Origin: a virus
Strand: one strand, 5' to 3'
Length of the DNA stretch: 64,000 nt
IMG/VR virus record: IMGVR_UViG_3300025849_000016
Span: 1 to 64,000 of that record
Shown here: in pieces, positions 39,101 to 49,000 of the stretch
How positions within the stretch are numbered: position 1 is the first letter of the stretch
Layout of the letters: each line of letters begins with the position of its first letter
Program-made: the position numbers and the translations under genes
Notes under the pieces: generated by a model
The model's database searches: none
What the model saw: only the letters and a program-made list of their open reading frames with translations
Told to the model about the DNA's origin: nothing

Positions 39101-40425
39101 AATGAATTTTCTTCAGCAGTTGCACTTACAATATTCCAATATGTACCTAATGTGTCTAAATCTGGTCTGTTTGAAGCATCATCTGCTGTATGTGCTAACA
39201 TGCATATATATGCATTGTTACTATAACTAACAACATCACCTAAAGCATAAGTTGATGCATCTGTCCAAGTAGCTTGCCAAGAAAATCCTTCATTAAGTTT
39301 ATCCCAATAACTTACGTTAGGCGGAGTATTTGCTGTGTTATCTGCATTACATACATATGTATATCCGTTTAATCTTACTACATCTCCAACTTTATATGCT
39401 GTAACATTAGACCAATCACCTTGTAAATTAAAACCAGTTATAAAAAGATCCCAGTCAGTAGGGGAAGTTGAAGGAACAGAATTACTATGATCTGTTTTAG
39501 AAATATATGTATAACCACCATATGTTACAATATCACCTGGTTGATAAGTTGTACTGTTACTCCAAGTGTCTTCAAATTCTAAACCAGGTAAATAAACATT
39601 CCAATTAGAAGTATCTGAAGCAAAAGTTGATGTTGAAGTATGTTCGGCAATTGAAATATATAAGCTCGGACCGTTTTTAACGATGTCGTTAACTGTGTAT
39701 CTTGTAGATGGTGCCCAATTTGCCCTATAGTTAGTGCCATCATATAATAGATTCCAATTTAATATGTCTGTTTCTAATCCGTCTGCATCTGTAGCTGTCG
39801 AAGTGTGACCAGTTGCACAAAAATAGATTCTTCCAAAATAGTTTACAATATCATAATTTTTATATCTAGTACTTGTTGACCAATTGCCTTTCCAAGATAG
39901 CCCTTCAGAAAATAGATTCCATGATACTTGATCTAATTCTAATCCATCAACAACAGTTGCCGCACTAGTATGTGCTGTTTGACATATGTAAGTAGCTGTT
40001 CCATATTTTACAATATCATTAACTTTATATTTGGTATTTGTGCTCCAAGCACCTGCATAGTTTAGTCCTTCAGCAAACAAATCCCAATTTGCAATATTAC
40101 CTTCAAGACCCACTAACGCATCGGCATTAGATGTATGTCCTGTGTTACATATATACAAGAAGCCGCCGTTTTTAACAATGTCATTTACTTTATAATATGT
40201 TGCAACAGCCCAAGCGCCGCGCCAAGCTAATCCGTCACCAAATTGTTCCCATTTAGGTTGTACATCATTAAGATCTGTTTCTAAATCAGCTTGTGAAGTA
40301 TGTGCAAGAATTGCAATAAATGTTTTACCGCCGTAAGACACAATGTCGTCGCGGACATATTGAGTACCTGTGGTCCAAGTACCTTTCCAGATAAATCTGA
40401 TTCTACCAAGTTTAAATTCGGCCAT
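36163..40425 (-). CDS. Large tail spike/fibre-like protein: 8 Trp-rich CBM5/12-like repeats, beta-helix-like core, conserved C-terminal domain
   Basis: WxGxW...Y..xDIV..GG..Y.C...HTS x8; YVSPSG..PFLTVK, VGDELR, SPYIQN, ANDFTQI; LTGHDFLDIG, TSTDQDGNFRVG; GATAAATA at 40461-40468. Confidence 0.75.
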   Translation of the reverse strand: MAEFKLGRIRFIWKGTWTTGTQYVRDDIVSYGGKTFIAILAHTSQADLETDLNDVQPKWEQFGDGLAWRGAWAVATYYKVNDIVKNGGFLYICNTGHTSNADALVGLEGNIANWDLFAEGLNYAGAWSTNTKYKVNDIVKYGTATYICQTAHTSAATVVDGLELDQVSWNLFSEGLSWKGNWSTSTRYKNYDIVNYFGRIYFCATGHTSTATDADGLETDILNWNLLYDGTNYRANWAPSTRYTVNDIVKNGPSLYISIAEHTSTSTFASDTSNWNVYLPGLEFEDTWSNSTTYQPGDIVTYGGYTYISKTDHSNSVPSTSPTDWDLFITGFNLQGDWSNVTAYKVGDVVRLNGYTYVCNADNTANTPPNVSYWDKLNEGFSWQATWTDASTYALGDVVSYSNNAYICMLAHTADDASNRPDLDTLGTYWNIVSATAEENSLTTDGDILYFAGSGPARLPIGSPGQVLAVNSSATAPEWIDFGFVNNVFYVSPSGVNASGYGTTLDRPFLTVKYCMDYILQSTQRHNAKALLDANIDFIAAEVVEWTDYQIANAIAPFTGGFTYDKALCLRDMKKIVKAVGYDISHGGNVETRKTAQSYFTEAGASYITGQETETVASINYSLEVVDAVLSNVAPATNYQTENSVVTPVTQTIDGTKTEEADAEATYDTLVGLITASITAGNLNSLPAEQVVNTTVFIKTGEYLETLPISIPAHTALVGDELRSVRIKPDTGFETSNMFYVRNGCGIRNVSLSGLNGTLTGANSYGTSRPTAGAYVSLDPGEDSTDRLAWIHSKSPYIQNVSTFGNGCIGLKVDGALHDGGNDSIVANDFTQILSDGIGYWVTNLGRSELVSVFTYYNHIGYLAEDGGKIRATNGNNSYGDFGSVAEGIDSTETPNTSTVNNYYAEAIIANTITDGDRVLALEYANAGVSYTTATYTFIGEGIDAAVGTVNVNDGGIFEIRLLNTAGQYGGEDYQTSINNAQAGTSTTINLSATDTANSSDYIGMAVYIEDGLGVGQYGYIDTYNAGTKLATIKKMSDDSSGWDHLVPGTAIETTLDQTSQYKVEPRIVIGDPVSGTTARGRVKVASGKIFQISLFETGSGYDPINPPTVTITDPINTVDAPLEVRIGDGVLTAPTFSNRGTGYESCSTSIDGDGYADVKQSGKYLYVEGSIEEPLPGSNVQIAGDPTIYKLVEVFELTGSGPYAARLQVSPDIEVDLEPAHAAQVTLRIRYSQVRLTGHDFLDIGTGNFTETNYPGIPSNSPNSQNEIKENGGGRVFYTSTDQDGNFRVGDLFTVEQATGTATLDADNFSVSGLQELQLGSVSLGGTSATIREFSTDGTFAADSDNIVPTQRAIRTYINAQIGGGGATLNVNTLIAGNIQITGNTISTTDNSTIIVGATTNFAQGVSGTPLALQYFLNA

Positions 40426-40479
40426 TTCGGTTCACTCTCCCCTTTAGGCGTTGCTAATATTATTTATCCATATAAAACA

Positions 40480-43400
40480 TTATGGAGCTGTAAAAAGTTG
40501 ACTCATGATGTAAAGTCCTGAATAACTTTGAAGATTAACCGAAGCATCAAAATTTATATTTGTTGCTGTGGCGTTATTATTTAAATTAATTCCAGTAATA
40601 TCAAATTGTAATTGACTCGTAAGTAATGCGTTTGCATTAACTACTGAACCACCGCTTGAAATACGACTTGTAATATATGCACCAATTGCTTTCTGTGTAG
40701 GCACAACATTATCGCTGTTATCACTAAATGTAGGATCTGTACTAAATTCTCTTACTACAGCATTTGTACCGCCTAACACAATACCGCCAATTCTTAATTC
40801 ATCTAAACCTGATAAATCAAATTGCGATGCACTTATTGTAACTGTACCGGTAGCTTGATCAACCTTAAATAACTCACCAACTCTAAAGTTACCATCTTGG
40901 TCAGTACTTGTATAAAATACTCGGCCGCCGCCAGAACCAGCTGTTTCTTGGTTTTGTTTTGGATCATTTTCTGATGTGTATCCTTCAGTATACCTAGATG
41001 GATATGCAGTTTCTATAAAATTACCCGAACCAATGTCGAGAAAATCATGTCCTGTCAATCGTATTTGACTAAAGTTTTGACGTATATTAATAAATGTATC
41101 ATGTATTGGTGCTTCATTGATATCCAATGGCGGAGTAATTTGCAATTGTGCTGAAAGAGAAGGTTCAGTACCTTGTAAATTTTCAATTTTTTGTACATAA
41201 AATTGTTTATTAAGACCTGTAAATGTTATAGAGTCACCTGGTCCAGGGCTTCTTAATAAATTACTAACTTGAATAATTCCGCCTACTGGATATATATCAG
41301 CATACCCGTCACCGTTGATTTCTATAATTGTTTTAAAATATAAGGAACCTGGATCTAATATACTCGGTTGTCCTAAGACACCTGACTGTATTCTAATATC
41401 AAACTGGGCATCAGTTGCAGCTAGGCTATCAATTAACTGTCCTACAGGAGAATTAGTATATCCGCTACCTGGATCGACTATAATAAAAGAGTCAACTCTA
41501 CCAGATATAATGTCAGGTCTTGCAACAGCCCTAGCACCGTATTCTAAAAATTGTACGTTAGACGAACTTGTACTATTAATTAATATCCAAGAACTATATG
41601 AAATGTCATCACTTGTATATTCAATATATTTTAATTTTGACCAAGTTTGTCCGCCAATTGGAGTAATTGCTCTCCAGTTAATGGCATCTTGACTAACGTT
41701 TAAAACACCATTATTAGCTACTGCTAGAAACAATCCATTATTAATATCTATTTTCCAAGAACCAACACTAATAGCATTTGGATCAGCTTGGGCTCCTTTA
41801 AAATGATTACCGATTGTAAATTGTATAGATTCATTATACACATTACGAGCATACAGAGGTAAACTTGCAAGAGTGCCGCCTATATCTCTTGCACATGCAA
41901 CAAATGCTCCTTCGCCGCCAGCAAAATCTGTAATTTCATATCCTGATAAAGTTGATAAAATGCTTCCTCCTGCAATAGGAGTAAATGATGTTCCGTTGTC
42001 GATAGATTCGTAAGCAATCCCAGTAGTATCTATAGCAATCCATCTATTACTATCATAACCGATAAAACTAAATCCTCCTGCTTTACCAGTATTACTTTGA
42101 GTCCAAGATACACCGCTGTCAGTTGATACTGCTATATTTTGTGTTCCTGTAGCTACTGCTATTACAGTAGCTCCATATACTTCTACATCTTGATAATTTA
42201 ATGCTGGAACTTCTGTTGATGATGCCCAATTTATTCCGTCGGATGATTCTGCTACACTGCCTGAGGTTGCAAATGCTATAAATTTAATTCCTGTCCAAAC
42301 TAATGATTGCCAATCTGCACTAGATGGCAATGTTGTATTAACCCATGTTGTTCCATTATTAGAATATGCAACAACATTTGATCCTATAGTAGTAATAACA
42401 TTTATCGAACCATTTGATGCTGCACTACCTAATTCTTTAAAACTTCCTGAAGCTTGAGCAAATGAATTGTAAGCTGGATCATCGATGTTAAATGAAGGTT
42501 CAATTACATATCTAGATGTACCATCTAATGTTGTTGCAAGTGCATTACCGGAAACTAATGTATTCCATCCTGTCTGTCCCCACATATTTTCTATAGTTGC
42601 TATTTTTGTACTAGGGTCATATGCACTTATTTTCCCCCATTGACCTACGCCAAGTCCGGCTTTAATAAAAAGATTCATTCCAACATAACTATTATCTTCT
42701 GCTAAATCAGATGCGGACAATGTTATACTTGTTAAGCTGCCAAACTGTGCATTGTTTTCAATTTTTCTAAAATCTGCGCCGCCTATGTTACTTGAATCGT
42801 CGCTTTCTTTGATTCGTATTTCTGCTATACTTTTATATCTTGTTTTTTGATTTTGTAAAGATCCTGCAATTCCTGATCCTGTAATAGTATAAAGTGCTTC
42901 TGTATATTCTTGTCCTGCATGAGAAAATCCTACACCAACAATTTTTCCATCTGCATCTGTATATGTTTCTTTAACTACTGCTTCACTAGATCTGTTATTT
43001 AAAGTAGCAGTAATAGGCAGTTCTTCTGGATTTACTCCTTCAGCAACTGATCCAAAGTCTCCGTAAGAGTTGTTTCCGTTAGTTGCTCTAAGTTTGCCAC
43101 CATCAGTAGCAAGATATCCTATATGACAATAATATGTAAACACAGACACAAGTTCTGATCTACCTTGTCCATCTGCCCAATACCCAATGCCGTCACTTAA
43201 AATCTGTGTAAAGTCGTTAGCTACCATTGATCGATATCCACCGTTATGTAAATTTCCATCAATTTTCATTCCAACACATCCTGTGCCAAAAGAACTACAA
43301 TTTTGTACATATGGTGATTTATTTTCAATCCAAACTGATGTATCATCTGGTCCTTCACCAGGATCGAGTGATACATATGAACCAGCACTTGGGCGTCTTG

Positions 43401-45603
43401 TTAAATAATCGTTTAAATCACCAAGTGTTCCATTTAGACCTGAAAATGTCATATTACGCATTCCACTTCCGTTATTCATATAAAACATGTTTGCTGTTTC
43501 ATAACTTGCGGCTGGTTTAACATTAACACTTCTTAATTCGTCGCCTATAATTGCAACTTCTCTTGGAACTATAATAGGTAATTCTTCTTCATATGTTCCA
43601 GTTTTAACAAAAATAGTAGCAGGTGCTCGTCCTGGAAGATCAGCTGCAATGTACTCACATGCATACTTGATAGTTCTAAAAGGTGCACCTTCACTACCAT
43701 TTTGTGTTGTATTGTTTCCTAATAAGCTAACATAGTACACTTTTGGCACATTTTGAAATTGTGCCCATTCAATCGGCGATGCTGCTCCAACTTTTAAAGT
43801 ATTACCTGCTGTGCCTATTGCAAAATTACTATCACTGGATAAATTTCTATATTTTAAATCACCGACATTAACTAGTACGTTTGTAGCACTACCTTGAATT
43901 AATATATTCCAATAGCTATTATCAGCATCTAAATCAGGTCTAACTAATGTACTATCGTCGCTTTGATGGCCTTGAATACAGACGTATGCTGTACCTGCAT
44001 ATGTTGCAACATCACCTAATGCATATCTTGTTGCTAAATTCCATGGTCCTTTCCATGCAACACCTGTAATAATTTTATCCCAACTAGCACTATCATTTGT
44101 TACTATTGCTTTACTAAAGTTATACATTCCACTATGATTTGCACAGACAGGATACAGTGTATTCCAGTTAGATTGAGGTTGAAGTTCAATTGTTCTTACA
44201 TTAGCGGAACTAAAACCAGATATATATAATTCTGGAGTTACTTCTATATTATCTAATTTATACACTGGCCCTACTACATAATTATAATTTCCTTCAACAT
44301 GATGTCCATTCTCTTTTGTACTAAAATACATAGGATGTGTATTATTAGTACTGTCTGATTGGTTAATTATATATGTATTTCCGATTACTAAAAATAGATT
44401 AGGTGCTAACACACCATTTAGAAAATATTTATTAGAACCTGAAGATTCTGCTACAGTAACTTCATAAGTTGTTGTTGACGGCTCTTCAATTGGGTACGAA
44501 GAAGTATCTTGGGTTGCAACATATATGTCTCCCCCGTCTCTAACTACATCACCTGTAGCGTATCTTGTATCTTCAGTCCATTGACCTCTAAAATTATAAC
44601 TTGTCGATATTACATCCCAAAATGCACTATCAACTGCTGGGAAATTTCCTATGTTTAAATTAGTAATACTACTATAAGTGTATCCGCCATATAGTACCAT
44701 ATCGCCTATTTGATAAGATGTTGTTTCATTATATAGTGCTTCATAACCTGTGCCTGGTATGTATAATGTCCAGTTTCCAGGAGTAAATGCTACGGTTTGT
44801 TGAACTATAGATGTAATATATAAACTATTGTTCCATTTTACAATATCGTTTGGCAAATACAAAGTACTATTCGACCAAACGCCTGCATAACGTGTACTAT
44901 CTATAACTAATTCCCAATTCGAAGAATCAATAGGTAGACCGAGTAACTCGTTTGCCGTTGATGTATGCCCTGTTATACAACGATATATTCTACCGCCGTA
45001 TGTAACTACATCTCCTTTTGTAAATCTGTTACTTATTCCCCAAGAGGTTCTAAAATTATCTGAAGGATTTATTAGCTCCCATTTTTCTTGATCTGCTTCA
45101 AGACCGTCTGAGGTTGACCTCGACGTGTGTTCTGTTATACAATTATATGTATAACCATTATATGTAACTACATCTCCTACAAAATAACTACGTGTTACAG
45201 CCCAGCTATTACGCCATTGCGATGTTTTTGCAAGAAACTCCCATTTTTCTATATCTGCTGCAACTCCGGATGTACTTAGTGCTGCACTTGTATGACCTGT
45301 TATACACTTATATATAGTAGCTCCGTATTTAATAACTTCACTAGTTTCGTACTTTGTATTTGCTGCCCATGTACCTCTAAATCTTTGGCCTTCTGCCATT
45401 AGTACCCATCTAGGTTCGGGATTGCTGTACAGATCAACTGCATTTAAATCGTCGTCAAAAGAAGATAACGATGAAATATGTCCAATTAAACAAACATAAA
45501 TTTTACCGCCTACAACTGCAATATCGTCTTGACTAAATGACGTTCCGTTGGCCCAGGGACCTTTCCAAATGTATTTAAATCGTGATATATTAAATTCTGC
45601 CAT
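40480..45603 (-). CDS. Paralogous large tail spike/fibre-like protein with inserted cupredoxin-like domain and Asp-box (BNR) propeller
   Basis: Same architecture as 36163-40425 plus HPMYFS...VCANHSGM and SxDxGxxW-like repeats (SNNGTTW, SSDGINW, STDSGVSW, SIDNGTSF, SQDAINW). Confidence 0.75.
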   Translation of the reverse strand: MAEFNISRFKYIWKGPWANGTSFSQDDIAVVGGKIYVCLIGHISSLSSFDDDLNAVDLYSNPEPRWVLMAEGQRFRGTWAANTKYETSEVIKYGATIYKCITGHTSAALSTSGVAADIEKWEFLAKTSQWRNSWAVTRSYFVGDVVTYNGYTYNCITEHTSRSTSDGLEADQEKWELINPSDNFRTSWGISNRFTKGDVVTYGGRIYRCITGHTSTANELLGLPIDSSNWELVIDSTRYAGVWSNSTLYLPNDIVKWNNSLYITSIVQQTVAFTPGNWTLYIPGTGYEALYNETTSYQIGDMVLYGGYTYSSITNLNIGNFPAVDSAFWDVISTSYNFRGQWTEDTRYATGDVVRDGGDIYVATQDTSSYPIEEPSTTTYEVTVAESSGSNKYFLNGVLAPNLFLVIGNTYIINQSDSTNNTHPMYFSTKENGHHVEGNYNYVVGPVYKLDNIEVTPELYISGFSSANVRTIELQPQSNWNTLYPVCANHSGMYNFSKAIVTNDSASWDKIITGVAWKGPWNLATRYALGDVATYAGTAYVCIQGHQSDDSTLVRPDLDADNSYWNILIQGSATNVLVNVGDLKYRNLSSDSNFAIGTAGNTLKVGAASPIEWAQFQNVPKVYYVSLLGNNTTQNGSEGAPFRTIKYACEYIAADLPGRAPATIFVKTGTYEEELPIIVPREVAIIGDELRSVNVKPAASYETANMFYMNNGSGMRNMTFSGLNGTLGDLNDYLTRRPSAGSYVSLDPGEGPDDTSVWIENKSPYVQNCSSFGTGCVGMKIDGNLHNGGYRSMVANDFTQILSDGIGYWADGQGRSELVSVFTYYCHIGYLATDGGKLRATNGNNSYGDFGSVAEGVNPEELPITATLNNRSSEAVVKETYTDADGKIVGVGFSHAGQEYTEALYTITGSGIAGSLQNQKTRYKSIAEIRIKESDDSSNIGGADFRKIENNAQFGSLTSITLSASDLAEDNSYVGMNLFIKAGLGVGQWGKISAYDPSTKIATIENMWGQTGWNTLVSGNALATTLDGTSRYVIEPSFNIDDPAYNSFAQASGSFKELGSAASNGSINVITTIGSNVVAYSNNGTTWVNTTLPSSADWQSLVWTGIKFIAFATSGSVAESSDGINWASSTEVPALNYQDVEVYGATVIAVATGTQNIAVSTDSGVSWTQSNTGKAGGFSFIGYDSNRWIAIDTTGIAYESIDNGTSFTPIAGGSILSTLSGYEITDFAGGEGAFVACARDIGGTLASLPLYARNVYNESIQFTIGNHFKGAQADPNAISVGSWKIDINNGLFLAVANNGVLNVSQDAINWRAITPIGGQTWSKLKYIEYTSDDISYSSWILINSTSSSNVQFLEYGARAVARPDIISGRVDSFIIVDPGSGYTNSPVGQLIDSLAATDAQFDIRIQSGVLGQPSILDPGSLYFKTIIEINGDGYADIYPVGGIIQVSNLLRSPGPGDSITFTGLNKQFYVQKIENLQGTEPSLSAQLQITPPLDINEAPIHDTFINIRQNFSQIRLTGHDFLDIGSGNFIETAYPSRYTEGYTSENDPKQNQETAGSGGGRVFYTSTDQDGNFRVGELFKVDQATGTVTISASQFDLSGLDELRIGGIVLGGTNAVVREFSTDPTFSDNSDNVVPTQKAIGAYITSRISSGGSVVNANALLTSQLQFDITGINLNNNATATNINFDASVNLQSYSGLYIMSQLFTAP

Positions 45604-45615
45604 TTTTTTTCCTAA

Positions 45616-45981
45616 TTATACATCGTCTGAGTAAGTATACCCTTGGTTAATTCTAACAACAAATTCACCATCATCATTTATATAATAGTAAACATTCCTA
45701 TCATCCCAACGGAATTGCTCGTAGTTTAAATTTCTATATACAAGATTATGATAGGTATCTCTACCTTCAAAAAAATCTTGCCCAGGCGTAAATCCTGGAT
45801 AATCCTGACTCGGGTCATCGCCTACGTTGTTTATTTGAATGCCGTCAGTAACATTTAACTGATCAACTTTTGCAAAGTGCAGATACCCGTCCGGATCTCG
45901 ACGAAGTCCATAAAAATATCTAGCGCCGCCTAGTGAATCTGCAAGCATTCCGGTATCATTACCTACATAAAAATCAGCCAT
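45616..45981 (-). CDS. Hypothetical aromatic/acidic virion-associated protein (paralogue of 58568-59077)
   Basis: RYFYGLR, G.DFFEG.D, Y.Q.RWDD...YY..D.GE...R.NQG; AGGAG RBS; GATAAATA at 45999-46006. Confidence 0.65.
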   Translation of the reverse strand: MADFYVGNDTGMLADSLGGARYFYGLRRDPDGYLHFAKVDQLNVTDGIQINNVGDDPSQDYPGFTPGQDFFEGRDTYHNLVYRNLNYEQFRWDDRNVYYYINDDGEFVVRINQGYTYSDDV

Positions 45982-46004
45982 GTTAATCTCCTATATTGTA
46001 TTTA

Positions 46005-49000
46005 TCAGATAGCATTGTTTGGATAAGAATATCCTGCTCCCCAAATTATTCTTATAACTCCTCTTGAACCAGAAGCTCCGAAATCGTCTGGTATACCATT
46101 ACTGTTTCCTCCTGATGAGCCGCCGCCACCGCCTCCAAATTCTCCACCTGTAGCGCCACCGTTAGCGCCGCCAGATCCACCTGTACCGTTTTTGTCTGAC
46201 GTGTAAGAACCCGAAGCACCTTGTGTACCTGCGTTACCGCTAGTACCGACACCATTTACTCCAACACCACCGCCGCCACCGCCGGTAGTTGGATCATAAT
46301 AACCCTGGCCGTATGAAGTATAATAAAAGTTTGTAGACTCGTGGGCGCCACCGCCTCCGCCACCTGACCCATTGCCTGGATTAGACGATACTTTGCCTGC
46401 GCCGGCGCCGCCGTTTCCTTGATAGCCTCCAGCGCCGCCACCTCCGCCACCACGTTGTCCGTCTGTGTCGCCTCCGTTGCCGCCAAAACCTCCGCCATAA
46501 TTATTAGTTTGTGCATCAGATGAGTAAACAAGAGTAGTGCCTCCAAGGCCGCCATTACTACTATTACCACCAGTACTTGTAGTTGGTGGAGTAAAAGTGT
46601 CCCATGTCTGTCTACCACCACCGCCGCCTTCGGCTCCTAGTAAAATAGTACTTCCTCTTTTAATTGAACTATCGCCGCCGTCACCGGCTGCAGGTAAAGA
46701 AGCAGCTCCAGCACTACCTCCTGCACCAACAGTAAGTGATAATGTTTCACCTGGAGTAACTGAAATTGATTCTGCCCAAGCTAGGGCGCCGCCACCTCCT
46801 CCTCCGCCTGAACCTGTGTTATTAATACCGTTTGTGCCTGCTGTAGCATGGCCTGCACCTCCGCCTCCGCCGGCAATGACTACTGCACTAATACTAGTTA
46901 CGCCTCCAGGAACAACCCATTCTTGAGAAGTAGTAAATGTTTGTGTTCCTGTAGACGGAGTTTCACTTGTATCATTTATTGTTATATTAGATGAATTAAA
47001 AACATTACTATCAGGATCTGTTACTGTTATTTTAAAATTTTCAACTCCTTCAGAAACAGCATCATTTGATATCGGAAGCTGAATAGTTGATGTGTATCCG
47101 TATTGACTTGTATTTACTTCTGGTGCAAATATCCCTGACAATGCAACTATAAAATCAGAATTATCTATTCCCGTTCCGGATACAGCCCATGAATGTGTTC
47201 CGTTTGTTGCACAGTCAATATTAGCAAATACAATCGATCCTTCGTCATATACTAACGGAGAAATTCTAAATTCAACTGTTGGTTTTATAGTAAGTTCGTC
47301 AGAAGTAAATACAGTATTTCCTAAATTATTGACTATACTTACTGTAAATGTATCTTCAGAAATTTCTGCATCTGCTACTGTTTCTAATGTAAATGATCCG
47401 CTATTGCCTTGAAGATAAAACGGTTCACTTTGTAAAGATTCTGAAACAATATCTATTTGCCCGGACATACTAGAATGTGTGCCGCATTGATAAAATAATC
47501 TAGAAGGTGCAGTATTAGGTACTGTAAATTCTAATACACCTGATGTTACACCTTGTCCTGTTATACCTGAGGAATACAAATTTCCATTTCCGGTTACCTG
47601 ATCTGTTTTAATATAAAATGGATGTGTAGGAGTATTTACTGAAAATCTATAAGTTCTTCCTCTAATAAGTGTTAAAACTGGATTGTTAAAATTAAGTAAT
47701 CCGTTTCCAGTAAAAGTATAATAATCACTTAATGTATTAACTATGTTAAACGTAATAGGTAAAGTTGTGTCTCTATAAAAATCAAAATTAGAAGTTGAAA
47801 TATGATTAATTAAATAAAAGTATGTACTACCAGATATAACGCTTTCGGTTGTAACTGTTGCAGATATTGACTGGCCTGCTCTAAATATAGTATCTGAAAA
47901 ATTAACACTAATTGTAGGTTCTTCATTGTCTTCAATTAATGTTAAATCAATACTAGTAACGTCATTGAGCTCGTATAATAAGCTGGGATTATAAATTGTA
48001 AATGTTGCTACAGCATTACCAATATATACATCTGTTTGCTCTGTTTCTATAGTAATTACTAATTGATTTTCTCCTGTAACAAATCTAGATATACCGCTTG
48101 TGCCTATAAATCTATTGTCAGTATTAGTTAATGACCAAGCAATTGTCGGAGTATCTGTTAGAGAACTTATACCATCTACAAGATGTTCTCGTTCTAATGT
48201 AATAGTAAATGTTGATCCTTCATTAACAGAAATATTAGGAGTTACAATAGTCATAGTTTTAATTTCAGATATTGTATCATTTATTCTTACATTACAAACA
48301 TTATTATTAATATCAATTATATAATTATTTGTTGCACTTAATATTCTAATAGTATTAAAAGTCGATGTTTGTAAACCTGGTTCTGAACTAATCGGAATAC
48401 TAATTGAATTAGTTAATGACGTTCCTAAAATAGTCACAATTCCACTAGTAACAGAAACTCGATCATCGTTAAGAGCTGTACCGAAGCTCCAAGATATATC
48501 TGTAGAATCAGATGGTGTTGTGTCTAATCCGTTTCTTTTAAATATTCTAGTAAGATCAATATTACCTGTAGTGCCTTCTGTTAAAATTACAGAACTTTCA
48601 ACTCTAATTAATTTATATAAATTATTTATTGTGATAATACTATCTCCTAAAACAGTATATCTTGAATCGTTAATCGATGTAATTTCTATAATATTTGTTA
48701 TACTAGCAGCATCTGTATTTTGTGGATTAACTGAAACTATAAAAGAAGCTTCTGATTGACCTGCTGGAATAACTGTTGAACCAGTAGTACTAGACCACCG
48801 ACTATCAGCTACATCCCCTACATTTTCTCCTCTAATAGCCCAATACACTGTTACAGGTTTTGATAAATCTGTAGTACCGTTTCTAATAGATGTACGCAAT
48901 AAGGTAACAGTTAAACTATTACCTTCATCAACCGAATAGGTAGTAGACAGGAAACCTATTTCTCTTATTGGTTGATTAGGATTACTTTGAACACCTAAAC

